Shown: piece after piece, positions 37,004-47,045 of the stretch
Position numbering within the stretch: position 1 is the stretch's first letter
Layout: the number at the start of each line of letters is the position of its first letter
Assembly: GCF_006345805.1 (NCBI RefSeq)
Contig: NC_043019.1
Location: 10,787,360 to 10,851,359 of the forward strand
Reading direction: 5' to 3'
Length of the DNA: 64,000 nt
Source of the DNA: Octopus sinensis
Lineage: Eukaryota
The notes under the pieces: generated by a model
Told to the model about the DNA's origin: nothing
What the model saw: the letters and a program-made list of their open reading frames with translations, nothing else
Databases searched by the model: none
Translations under genes and position numbers: made by a program

Positions 37004-38057
37004 ACAAATCAACTCCAGTACTTTTTCTCTCCAGCCTGAACAACAGAAAAATCTATGAATCACTTGGAGAACTGCTAAGTTACGAGGACATAAACAAACC
37101 AACATCAGTTGTCGAGCAGTGATGAGGGTCAAACACTAAAGTACACACATACAACAGGCTTCTTCCAGTTTCTGTCCATGAAATCCATTCACAAGGCTTT
37201 AAAAGACACTTACTCAGGGCCACACAGTGGGACTGAATCCAGAGACAATGTGGCTGAGAACAGTACCAACATGGGTGCTTTTACATAGCATCGGTATGGG
37301 TCCTTTTTATGTGTCACCAGCACCCATGATCCTGTTAGATTAGGTACGCCCAGCAGGAGAGGACCCCAATCAGGCTGTATTGCCCCCCTCTATGTTTGGG
37401 CCCTTGTGGTTAATAAAGAAATTGGATGTAAAAAACAACCCCAATTTTACTAAATATGATGGTGATGGTGTCTTGGTTTACCGAACAACCTTGACAAGGA
37501 GTATTATTACAACAAGTATGGTTTGCTCAGACCCTTTCTCACCCTTTAGTTGCCCTTCAAACTTGTATTGGTCTGATGCAACAAAGTGCCAAAGAGCCCA
37601 CTTGTTATCAGGTCACAGGATTTGTATGGAGTTGACCTTGTCTTGGAAAAACAGCTAAAGAGTTGGAAGTGCCTCATCTGCAATGCTTCTGTTATGGGGT
37701 GTATGAGAAAACTTCTCTGGAAGCAATTTCATGACATGCTAACTAACTCTGTAACTAATTAACTCGTGTTGATTGTGAGGCTTATAATCAAAGTCATTCC
37801 AGTCAGTATCATCCAAGCTATTTAAAATCTTTTTTTTTTTTTTTCTCTTTACTTGGAAATATTATGAAATTTCCTCTTTTTTATGACTGAAGGGTGTATG
37901 TACTTCATTGCTGGAGATTTTAGCTGCTATTTTTAGCCGGCTGGTGAAGTTGCAGAAAGGAAGGAGGAGTGGGAGGAGGAGGGTGGGGCATCTTCTCTTA
38001 ATCCTATTTCACATTATCACAATCATTGCTGGTCTGGTCCACTACTTCACAGTAGCA

Positions 38058-38508
38058 GCAGTAGTAGTTGTAATTGTAGTAATGAGGATGTTAGTGGTGG
38101 TATTAGTAGTAGTAGTAATGATAGTGGTGGTGGTAGTAGTAGTAATGATAGTAGTGGTGGTGGTAGTAGTAATGATAGTAAAGGTGATGGTAGTAGTAGT
38201 AATGGTGGTGGTGGTGGTGGTGGTAGTAGTGGAAGTAGTAACAGTATAAGTAGTAGTGGGTAGTAATTGTAGTAGTAATGAGGGTGGTGGTTGTGGTAGT
38301 AGTAGTAGTAATGATAGTAGTGGTGGTAGTATTAGTAGTAATGATAGTGGTGGTGGTGGTAGTATTAGTAGTAATGATGGTGGTGGTGGTGGTGGTGGTG
38401 GTGTTGGTAGTAGTAGTGGAAATAGTAATAATAGTAAAAGTAGTAGTGGGTAGTAATTGTAGTAGTAATGAGGGTGGTGGTAGTAGTAGTAGCAGCAGCA
38501 GCAGTAGT
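38058..38508. repeat. (GTA)n/(GTG)n trinucleotide mosaic
   Basis: Direct inspection. Confidence 0.92.
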
Positions 38509-38844
38509 ATGCAATGACCAATATCTCTGCCACGAGGTCCAAAAAAGCCACTTAATCTTACATTTTTGGCTGGCTCTGCCTTACCTACTTTTCTACTGTT
38601 GTTGGCAAAAGCTGAAGAGAGGGTGATGTGGTGGAGAAGGAATTTATATATCTATACCACCACCACAGTGGTATTATACAGAAATAAAAAAAAGAGGGAG
38701 TGGGCACTACTGTATGGTGGTAGTGATAGTGCTAATGATGGTAGTGTGGTGGTGGTGGTATTAAAGAATCTCAGATTTAACTACTGAAGAGGGAGATAGA
38801 GTTTTGCTTATCATTTAAACAAAGATATATGTATTTCTCTCTCT

Positions 38845-39234
38845 CTTTCTTTTACTTGTTTCAGTCATTTGACTGCGGCCATGCTGGAGCACCACCTTTA
38901 GTCGAGCCCAGTACTTATTCTATTGTAAGCCCAGTACTTATTCTATCAGTCTCTTTTGCCGAACCGCTATGTTATGGGGACTTAAACACACCAGCATCGG
39001 TTGTCAAGCAATGCTAGGGGGACAAACACACACACACAAACACACATACACACATATATATATATATACGACAGGCTTCTTTCAGTTTCCATCTACCAAA
39101 TCCACTCACAAGGCATTGGTCGGCCCGAGGCTATAGCAAAAGATACTTGCCCAAGATGCCACGCAGTGGGACTGAACCCGCAACCATGTGGTTGGTTAGC
39201 AAGCTACTTACCACACAGTCATTCCTGCGCCTAT
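38845..39234 (-). mobile_element. SINE family A, full length
   Basis: A-box tggctgtgtgg-like, B-box ggttcagtccc, tail gactgaaacaagtaaaag. Confidence 0.88.
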
Positions 39235-39250
39235 ACGTATATATATATAT

Positions 39251-39637
39251 TCTCTTTTAGTCTTTTACTTGTTTCAGTCATTTGATTGTGGCCGTGCTGG
39301 AGCACTGCCTTTAAGTCGAGCAAATCGACCCCGGGACTTATTCTTTGTAAGCCTAGTACTTATTCTATTGGGCTCTTTCGCCGAACCGCTATGTTACGGG
39401 GACGTAAACACACCCGCATCAGTTGTCAGGCGATGTTGGGGGGACAAGCACAGACACACAAACATATACACACACATACATATATATATATATACATACA
39501 TATATACGACGGGCTTCTTTCAGTTTCTGTCTACCAAATCCACTCACAAGGCTTTGGTCGGCCTGAGGCTATAGTAGAAGACACTTGCCCAAGGTGCCAT
39601 GCAGTGGAACTGAACCCGGAACCATGTGGTTTGTAAG
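39251..39637 (-). mobile_element. SINE family A, 5'-clipped at the maT terminus
   Basis: Same family motifs; head truncated at taagca. Confidence 0.85.
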
Positions 39638-40497
39638 CAGGGTGTGGTGAATAAATTGTCTAAATTATGCAAAAATGAAAATAACACTGACATCTAAATT
39701 TTAACAGATATATTTACCAAAATATCTTGAAATACTAACGAGTAAATTTACTCAATAAAATTGCTATTGGCTTCAATCACGGCCCCCAGACGACTTCGGA
39801 ATCTCCTGCAATTCGTAAGGGTGGTCACCTTGTTTAAGTTGGTAAATTCTGCCATAATCCTTGCCTTCAGTTCATCTTTGGTGTTACAAGGAGTTTTCTT
39901 GGTCTCTCACTCAACTGTGCTCTACACATAATAATCAAGGGAGTTGCAGTCTGGGGAGTTAGGTGACCAGATGTTAGGAGTGATGTGGTTGCAGAAATTG
40001 TCTGACAGCCACGACTGGGTTCTCCTGCTTGTGTGGCATGGTGCAGAGTCCTGTTGCCAGACATAGGGTCTTCCAGCAGCCACCCTCTTGACCCAGGGCA
40101 ACGCTACCTTCTCCAGGCATTTGATGTAGGTCTCCGTGCCGAGTCTGAAGCCTTGTGGGAAGATGAATAGAAGAATGATCAGAGTGAGTTTTCCGAGCTG
40201 CTGTACCTTCATAATCACCATTGGACTTATCCAACTCTTTCCGAATCCTCTGTACTGTCCTCAGATTGATACCCAAACACTCTGAACTGTTCGTATTGAA
40301 GCTTCCAGTGTGAATGCCAAGTAGTACAGGATGTTGTTTCCAAATTTCTGGTTGAATGAATTGCGTCATAGTACTGTTCTTCTCACAGATAAACTGACTG
40401 ACTCTACTATACTGTGTAGTCAACAGAATCAAAAACAAACGATGTACATGTGCCAAATTAAAAATATAAAATGGTGGTAATTTACCTATCACACCCT
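39638..40497 (-). mobile_element. Internally deleted Tc1/mariner-superfamily transposon, maT (DD37D) type
   Basis: HTH-like GINLRTVQRIRKELD plus WQQDSAPCH...WSPNSPDCNSLDYYV with 37 residues between the two Asp; degenerate TIRs AGGGTGTG....TAAATT at both ends. Confidence 0.85.
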
Positions 40498-40502
40498 ATA
40501 TA

Positions 40503-40540
<38 letters not shown>

Positions 40541-40543
<3 letters not shown>

Positions 40544-40792
40544 TAAATGAAAGAATGGAGTCGAACGAAGATGTTAACAAAATTCCTTTACTCTCGACAT
40601 ATGTTTCGAAGACAGCATGTTTTCATTCCAAAGGAATAAAGGGTGCATTATGCAATCTTCTCATCAGGAAAGAAAGGGAGCCTCTCTCGACAACAAGACA
40701 AACAAAAATTTCGATGATTGCCTACATGGTAAACAAAGCGATAATGAGTGTTTTTTAAAAAAAACCGTTAGAAGGATTGACGTCAAAGATAT
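40541..40792 (-). mobile_element. (TA)n-flanked short repeat hosting the canonical hammerhead (Penelope-like/retrozyme-type)
   Basis: Bounded by TA tracts at both ends and carries the hammerhead; family assignment inferred. Confidence 0.45.
40591..40672 (-). ncRNA. Type I hammerhead ribozyme, canonical core, GUC cleavage triplet
   Basis: Minus strand: CTTTC-CTGATGA-GAAGA(..long insert..)TCTTC-GAAA-CATATG-TC-GAGAG. Stem I 5 bp, stem II closed by G-C and extended by GCAT/ATGC, stem III with palindromic ACATATGT. Confidence 0.8.
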
Positions 40793-40815
40793 ATATATAT
40801 ATATATATATATATA

Positions 40816-41197
40816 GTAAGTAGCTTGCTAACCAACCACATGGTTCCGGGTTCAGTCCTACTGCGTGGCATCTTGGGCAAGTGTCTTCTACTATAGCCCC
40901 GGGCCGACCAATGCCTTGTGAGTGGATTTGGTAGACGGAAACTAAAAGAAGCCCGTCGTATATATGTATATATATATATATATGTGTGTGTGTTTGTGTG
41001 TCTGTGTTTGTCCCCCTAGCATTGCTTGACAACCGATGCTGGTGTGTTTACGTCCCCGTAACATAGCGGTTCGGCAAAAGAGACTGATAGAATAAGTACT
41101 GGGCTTACAAAGAATTAGTCCCGGGGTCGATTTGCTCGACTAAAGACGGTGCTCCAGCATGGCCGCAGTCAAATGACTGAAACAAGTAAAAGAGAGT
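40816..41197 (+). mobile_element. SINE family A, 5'-clipped
   Basis: gtaagtagcttgc...gactgaaacaagtaaaagag. Confidence 0.88.
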
Positions 41198-41485
41198 ATA
41201 TCTCAAAGAGGAGGCCTATGGGACGGTCGGACAAGTTGTTTTGAGAAAATTCGGCACCGTCCATTGGACGAGGGGCGTTTTGCTCGTATATATATTTATA
41301 CGTCATTAAAGTGAAGGAGGGTACTAATCAGCACTAGTATTGCTAGAAATAAGAGTCAAAACAACTCAATAGCCAACAAAAAGCATTATCTTAATCAGCT
41401 GACATGTGTACGTATGTATATGTATATGTATATGTATGTATATGAGTGTGCCTGCGTCTTTACAACTACACAGACAGACGCACAC

Positions 41486-41543
<58 letters not shown>

Positions 41544-41643
41544 AAAGAACTACGTGAGTAAGTAGTTGTCTACTTAAGATCAAACAGTTGTTAAGTCTGA
41601 CGTCATTGTAAAACAGTTAGAGCTCACAGACTCACACATACAC

Positions 41644-41684
<41 letters not shown>

Positions 41685-42057
41685 TCCATATACACACATA
41701 TATATAATCACACAATCGTTGTCTTTCGTACATAGGTACTTAAATACAGACTTTTACAAACATATACATATTACATAATACTCGTTACACAATCAAATAC
41801 GCAGACACATACATACATTTCCCTATCTTCTTTTGACTGTCTGTCTGTCTGTCGCTGTCTGTTTCCCTATATATATATGAGGAGAGAGAAAGAAAGAGAG
41901 AGAGAGAGAAGAGTGAGAGAGGAAGAGGAAGAGTGAGAGGAGCGTGCGTACGTGCATGTTGTCATCTACACGCATACATGCATATAGGTACATACATTCA
42001 TATATATATATAATATATATATACTTTATTTAAAAGCAGCAGAAAATTCAACAAAAC

Positions 42058-42095
42058 CTGTAACTCTGAGTTTCACGTTCCCGTTCGTCGGACAG
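42058..42095 (-). ncRNA. Minimal type I hammerhead-like motif (U4C variant, GUU triplet), inverted partner of 42136-42173
   Basis: Reverse complement reads CTGT-CCGACGA-ACG GGAA CGT-GAAA-CT CAG AG-TT-ACAG. Confidence 0.58.
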
Positions 42096-42135
42096 TTTTT
42101 GCTAGAATTGTCTAAATTATGCAAAAATGAAAAAA

Positions 42136-42173
42136 CTGTCCGACGAACGGGAACGTGAAACTCAGAGTAACAG
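42136..42173 (+). ncRNA. Minimal type I hammerhead-like motif (U4C variant, GUA triplet)
   Basis: CTGT-CCGACGA-ACG GGAA CGT-GAAA-CT CAG AG-TA-ACAG. Confidence 0.6.
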
Positions 42174-42720
42174 GTTTTGTTGAATTTTCTGCTGCTTTTA
42201 AATAAAGCATATTACTTTACCACTGGTATTTGAGTACTCTTTTTTCCACCTTGTTTCACATTTATGTGTTTACTCCGGTATATATATATATATATATGGA
42301 ACAAAAATGCAATAGAGGGCATTAAACCGTTCGGACACACACACACACACACACATATATATAATAATGTGTTTTGAATGGCACATATATACACACACAC
42401 ATACATACATACATACATACATACATACATACATACATACATACATACATACATACATACATACATACATACATACATACATACATACACACACACACAT
42501 ACATACATACATATACATACATACACATACATACATATACATACATACGTACGTACATACATGCCTATGCATATAAATAATACACATACATGTATTTGTA
42601 TGTTTATATCCATGTATATGTGGTATATAAAGGGAAAGTTTGCGAAAATAAACAAAAGACGAAGGCAGGTGGAGTACAAACAAACAAATGTATTAGTATA
42701 GCGCTCAGGAATAGAAAAAG

Positions 42721-42758
42721 TCTTTTACGTTTCGAGCCTACGCTCTTCGACAGAAAGA
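42721..42758 (-). ncRNA. Small hammerhead-like motif (dimer type, A6U change)
   Basis: Minus strand TCTTT-CTGTCGA-A-GAGC GTAG GCTC-GAAA-CG-TA-AAAGA; 5-bp stem I. Confidence 0.45.
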
Positions 42759-43550
42759 TACAAGGAGAGAAAAAAAATTCGTAGCCAATATATATGGCTA
42801 CATGTACGTGCGTACATGTACGAGTTGTCATTCATTAACTGGTTGAGTTGTCACGAGCCGACTAACTGATTTTTGCTTGGTGTTCTTGTTTTTATAACTA
42901 TCCAGAAGGATAGACATATCGTTGAGAACATTGGATTTAGCTGGTGGTACTTGTTATCTTAATTCTAGCTTTTGGTGGTCTAGGAGAGGTTAGAAGGGTC
43001 AAGTGGTGAAGACATTTTTTTGGCCTAGCTAAGGCAATCTGGAAAAGGCAAAACTGCTGTCACAGAAAAAAAAACTATTGTTCTACCATGAGAAAAGTTC
43101 TGTTGAAGTGTTAATTTAAATTTGGCCAGGGTGGATCGAATCCACTTCATGCCTGCAAGATCCACTACATATTCTCTCATGTGTACTCATAGACTATCAG
43201 TATCTTTTTCATGACAATTGATGATATAACTATACATGAGTGTTCCCAGTTCCCCCCACCCGCTCCTCTATTTCTTTGTTAATAACTTTCTGAAAAACGG
43301 ATATTTTCTACAAATATTTCAGACAATGTAGATTACGATTATGCTGGAATTAATGTGAAAAAAAGAAAAGAAAAAAAACAAGACTGGGTTGCTATCCATC
43401 GATTTTGTTTCCTCATACATGGTGATGATAAATATCACAATTATGTTAAATAAAAATATCTTTTTTTCAAGACTTTTATGATTGTACTTCATCAAAAGAT
43501 ATAAGGAAACGAAGTCGAGGTGTGTGAAATATTGCCCCATCATCCCATCG

Positions 43551-43963
43551 GGATCTTTTCGGTTTGAACAGCAGTTTTTAACATAATTTCTAGGTAACTA
43601 AAAAATTTTAAACTTCGTATACTGGTAGAATGTGTTTATAAAACATCTTTTTCTCTTGGCTTTATTGAGAAAATTCTATAGTTTGTAAGATATTTGTTTT
43701 TTCTTCAATTTCTGCAATTTCAACCAATCAGTGACGTCTATTGAGTTAAAAAAACATTCTGTGCCGTATGATTATGTCCCTCGTATCAGATTGGGTTTAT
43801 TTACATTTGTGAAGAAAAAAAAGATACCCTTCCCCCACCCCTAATCCTAACCCTAATCCTAAAAGAGATTGAAATGCAATAGATCGATTCTAGGGTCATA
43901 ATTATGGGTGACAATTTCATATGACACCGCTAGAAAAAACTGCCGTTCAAACCGAAAATATCT
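43551..43963. mobile_element. MITE with ~28-bp TIRs and internal telomere-like (CCCTAA/CCTAA) run
   Basis: ggatcttttcggtttgaacagcagtttt vs aaaactgccgttcaaaccgaaaatatct. Confidence 0.72.
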
Positions 43964-44365
43964 AAATTCCGATATAATCAAAATCTACACTATCTGAAAG
44001 GTATTTGTAGAAAATTTCATTTAAAAATATCTATTTTTCAGTAAGTTATTAGGAAATAAAGTTGGTGGTGATGGTGGTGGTGGTGGTGGTGGTGGGGCAC
44101 AATCATGTAGTTATGCCGACAATTGGACTTATCGACAGATTAATTCTTGCTAACAGAGAGTATTTCACGTACATTTCCAGGCTATTTCACGTACATTCTA
44201 AATATTTTTTTGCTTGACCAAGTTTGTTCTTATTAAAAATATGAACAGTAATATATTTCACAAAAGAAAGACAAAGGAAAAAAGAAAAAAATAAGTGAGA
44301 GCGAACAGAAAGAGAAAAACATCAAAGCAGTACCAAGTGCCTCAATTGGTCGCACACCGCAAGGT

Positions 44366-44548
44366 TCAATGGAACCTACTGAAATAAGCCAGAAAGCTTG
44401 CATTACCACAAACGATGGCGAGGCCAAGGTGTTGGAAAAGCCAAGAGCCCTCATAGGCATCACCTGACACCTCGGTGAGGCGAGCCGCCAACGATGACAA
44501 GAACTTCGCCGTTAGTAGCCCAGTCCCACCAAACGATTCAAACGCCAC
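44366..44548 (-). mobile_element. C-terminal REL-endonuclease fragment of a CRE-like non-LTR retrotransposon
   Basis: AFESFGGTG..TAKFLSSLAARLTEVSGDAYEGSWLFQHLGLAIVCGNA resembles the E(T/S)LG..G..FL..LA..L....GD..E..FL.QRLS.A.QRGNA terminus of CRE-type elements. Confidence 0.65.
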
Positions 44549-45428
44549 AGATTAGAAGAGATAGTTCACTGGCGGGTTCCGATATCAGGGTTCTTCCGTT
44601 CGGCAACAGAAGCAGTGACTCTCTCTTTCGAAATTGATGACGTCGACAGAAGCAAAATTTATTGTTGTTAATGGTGGTAGTGGCGGTGGTGAATAACTCT
44701 TGCTCTGTCAAAAGCATTTTCATAAGTTTGTCCTAAATGTTCAGGATTGTTTTCAGACTTTTCGATGGTTTCTGTTTCATACGTTCAACGTAATACAACG
44801 CTCTCATTTCCATCAACAATTCCAAGTTACTCTGGTGGGTTGAAACAAAAAATGGGAATGTACATTGTATATAATGTATGGATACTAGGAGAATATGTCT
44901 TGTGTATTACGTGTGATACACAGGACAAGCAAATAGATAAATAACTGATTGAGTAGGTATATGACACAAGATATTATAGCTATGACCATATTTTCCCACT
45001 CCTTATCAGATACAGTTTATTCTGATTGCTGTACGAATCCTTCCTTTTTAAGGAATTAAAGGGAGTTTCACTTGTTAATTCTAGCACATAGTGCCATAAC
45101 GTAGAGGTCTTTTCGTTGGCCTGGATTAACCAATATTAGCTTAATTCGCCACGCCTGGACATACCAGGCCAAGTATACAAGCTAATCCCGAGTTTTCGTC
45201 AATTTCAACAATGAAGTACCAAATTCTATTGACAGTAAACTTTGGCATTTATACATGTACTAGACATGAGTACATTTTGATTTATCGACCAGTATCTCTG
45301 AATAAATACAGCATAATTTCGTCTTTTTAAGCTCCGTGGTCAAATTCTGCTGGGTTGGACTAAAGAAGCAATAAATTACAGGCAAGGGATCGATCTTCCC
45401 TTTGAGTGAGTGAGTGAGTGAACGAGAG

Positions 45429-45435
<7 letters not shown>

Positions 45436-45515
<80 letters not shown>

Positions 45516-45519
45516 GAAG

Positions 45520-45548
<29 letters not shown>
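45436..45548. repeat. (GATA)n followed by (GA)n
   Basis: Direct inspection. Confidence 0.95.
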
Positions 45549-45550
<2 letters not shown>

Positions 45551-46249
45551 TTGTCGATAAACGGATGTATTTGTTTGGTTTAGTAATTCATAACTTGCCT
45601 TTAATTGTAGTTAATTCTTGATGAGTAAAAATGATTAGATTTTTCTGGACGGAATACGAAGGAAAAATTTGCAGATAGGAAGTATAGAATGTTTCATTCA
45701 AACATATGGCAGTTAGAAATTTACTGACGTAATAATATTTATGAATGGATTCATTTATTTTGCTCTTATCACACTCATTGCTAGCCTATTTTATACTCTA
45801 GTTAATTCTTGAAGTGTAAAAACTACTTTTTCCCCCTCTGCAGAATATGAAAGCAAGACTTTGTGAACGTATAGCATCAATCGTTTAGGCATATTTATAG
45901 AAGTGTAATTCCCCCATCGACTTTGTTTCCTCACAACTGCCAGAAAAATGGATATGTTTTAATGAAATTTTCTATAATTACTTCTCAGGTTGTGCAGATT
46001 ACACTTATATCGGAATTTAATGTGGAACAAAAATGGTGGGTATTCATACATATATACTGATGCACACCACAATTTTATTTTCAAAATTTCAAGTTTCATT
46101 TTGTAGATATGCGATGTCAGCATGTATGTGTGCGACCATCAAATATTTTTTCCCTTTAAATTCCGATATAATCATATTCTACATCTAAAAAGTATTTCTA
46201 GAAAATACTTTTACGATCACACTCTACACACCTTCCTGCCAAGCACTGC

Positions 46250-46368
46250 TGTAAACAGCAGAAGTGAGCCAGAACGTTAAAACTTAGTGCACATGCACAG
46301 CAGAGTTCAAGGTCAATTTGTGCCAAGCGGCTTTTCTCTGCGTGCTTTAGCTTCGTTACTATGGCAAC
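46250..46368 (+). promoter_or_regulatory. RFX X-box (46355-46368) plus forkhead site (46250-46257) at the putative CCDC152-like promoter
   Basis: GTTACTATGGCAAC fits the X-box consensus GTHNYYATRRNAAC at every position; TGTAAACA ~100 bp upstream; ~550 bp before the first coding-exon acceptor. Confidence 0.6.
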
Positions 46369-46574
46369 AGTCCGGGTACTTATTGATCAGACCGCGTATG
46401 TTGTTTCTTAAAAGATAATTTTTATTTCACTTAATATCCCATTCAAGATGAGGAAATCGGAGTTTGTCCTTAAAATATAGACATGGGGTTTTGTAAATTT
46501 TGAAAAAATCGTATATACGGGTTTTATGTCAAAATAACTTTGAAAACCACTAGCTAACATTTTTGTGTTTGTAT

Positions 46575-46610
<36 letters not shown>

Positions 46611-46961
46611 CGAGAAGTTGAGGTTATAAGAGATAATGATGTCATGGAGACCCAAAGGTGTCAGGTAATGCTGAATAAGTGCTATAGACAGACCATAGTT
46701 AAGTTCCAGATTCGGTAATATTGCAAATAAAGGGTTCAACGTTGGTTCTATGTCAGCGTATATATATATATATATATATATATATTTCGAGTTAACTTTT
46801 TTTTAATGAAATAAAAACAAAATCTAAATGAAAGATTTCAAATTCAAATTCCATAAGAACACTTCCAGTTTAACTAAAAAATAAATAACGATATAAATTC
46901 CAAAATTTAGTTTTCAGACGATAAAAGCCAACAACACATTTTATTGAAGAAGCAGACGATA

Positions 46962-47045
46962 ATGGCGTTCAGTCGTAATGAAAGCTTGGCTGTTCAGAAC
47001 CAGAAATTAGACGAGTTTGTAAAACAATCTGACCATTATTATCAG
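46962..47045 (+). CDS. CCDC152: CCDC152-like coding exon 1 (28 codons; exon acceptor at 46918)
   Basis: ttttcag acceptor, ataATGg, CAG|gtacag donor. Confidence 0.7.

Larger units (their letters stand above)
42021..42290. mobile_element. Penelope-like pLTR-type non-autonomous repeat with 80-bp inverted arms
   Basis: Arms 42021-42100 and 42131-42210 are near-perfect reverse complements; the tail 42200-42280 matches 5870-5950; flanked by (TA)n. Confidence 0.55.

Noticed and set aside
37380-37658. 92-aa ORF and its antisense frames
   Set aside because: No recognisable domain; antisense frames contain stops; probably decayed TE.
43838-43862. Interstitial telomere
   Set aside because: Only about four imperfect units and located inside a TIR element.
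44650-44830. TGA-interrupted reading frame on the minus strand as a selenoprotein (vertebrate CCDC152 neighbours SELENOP)
   Set aside because: No Cys/Sec context or SECIS seen; part of the sequence (tttaggacaaacttatgaa) recurs at ~32150, indicating a repeat.
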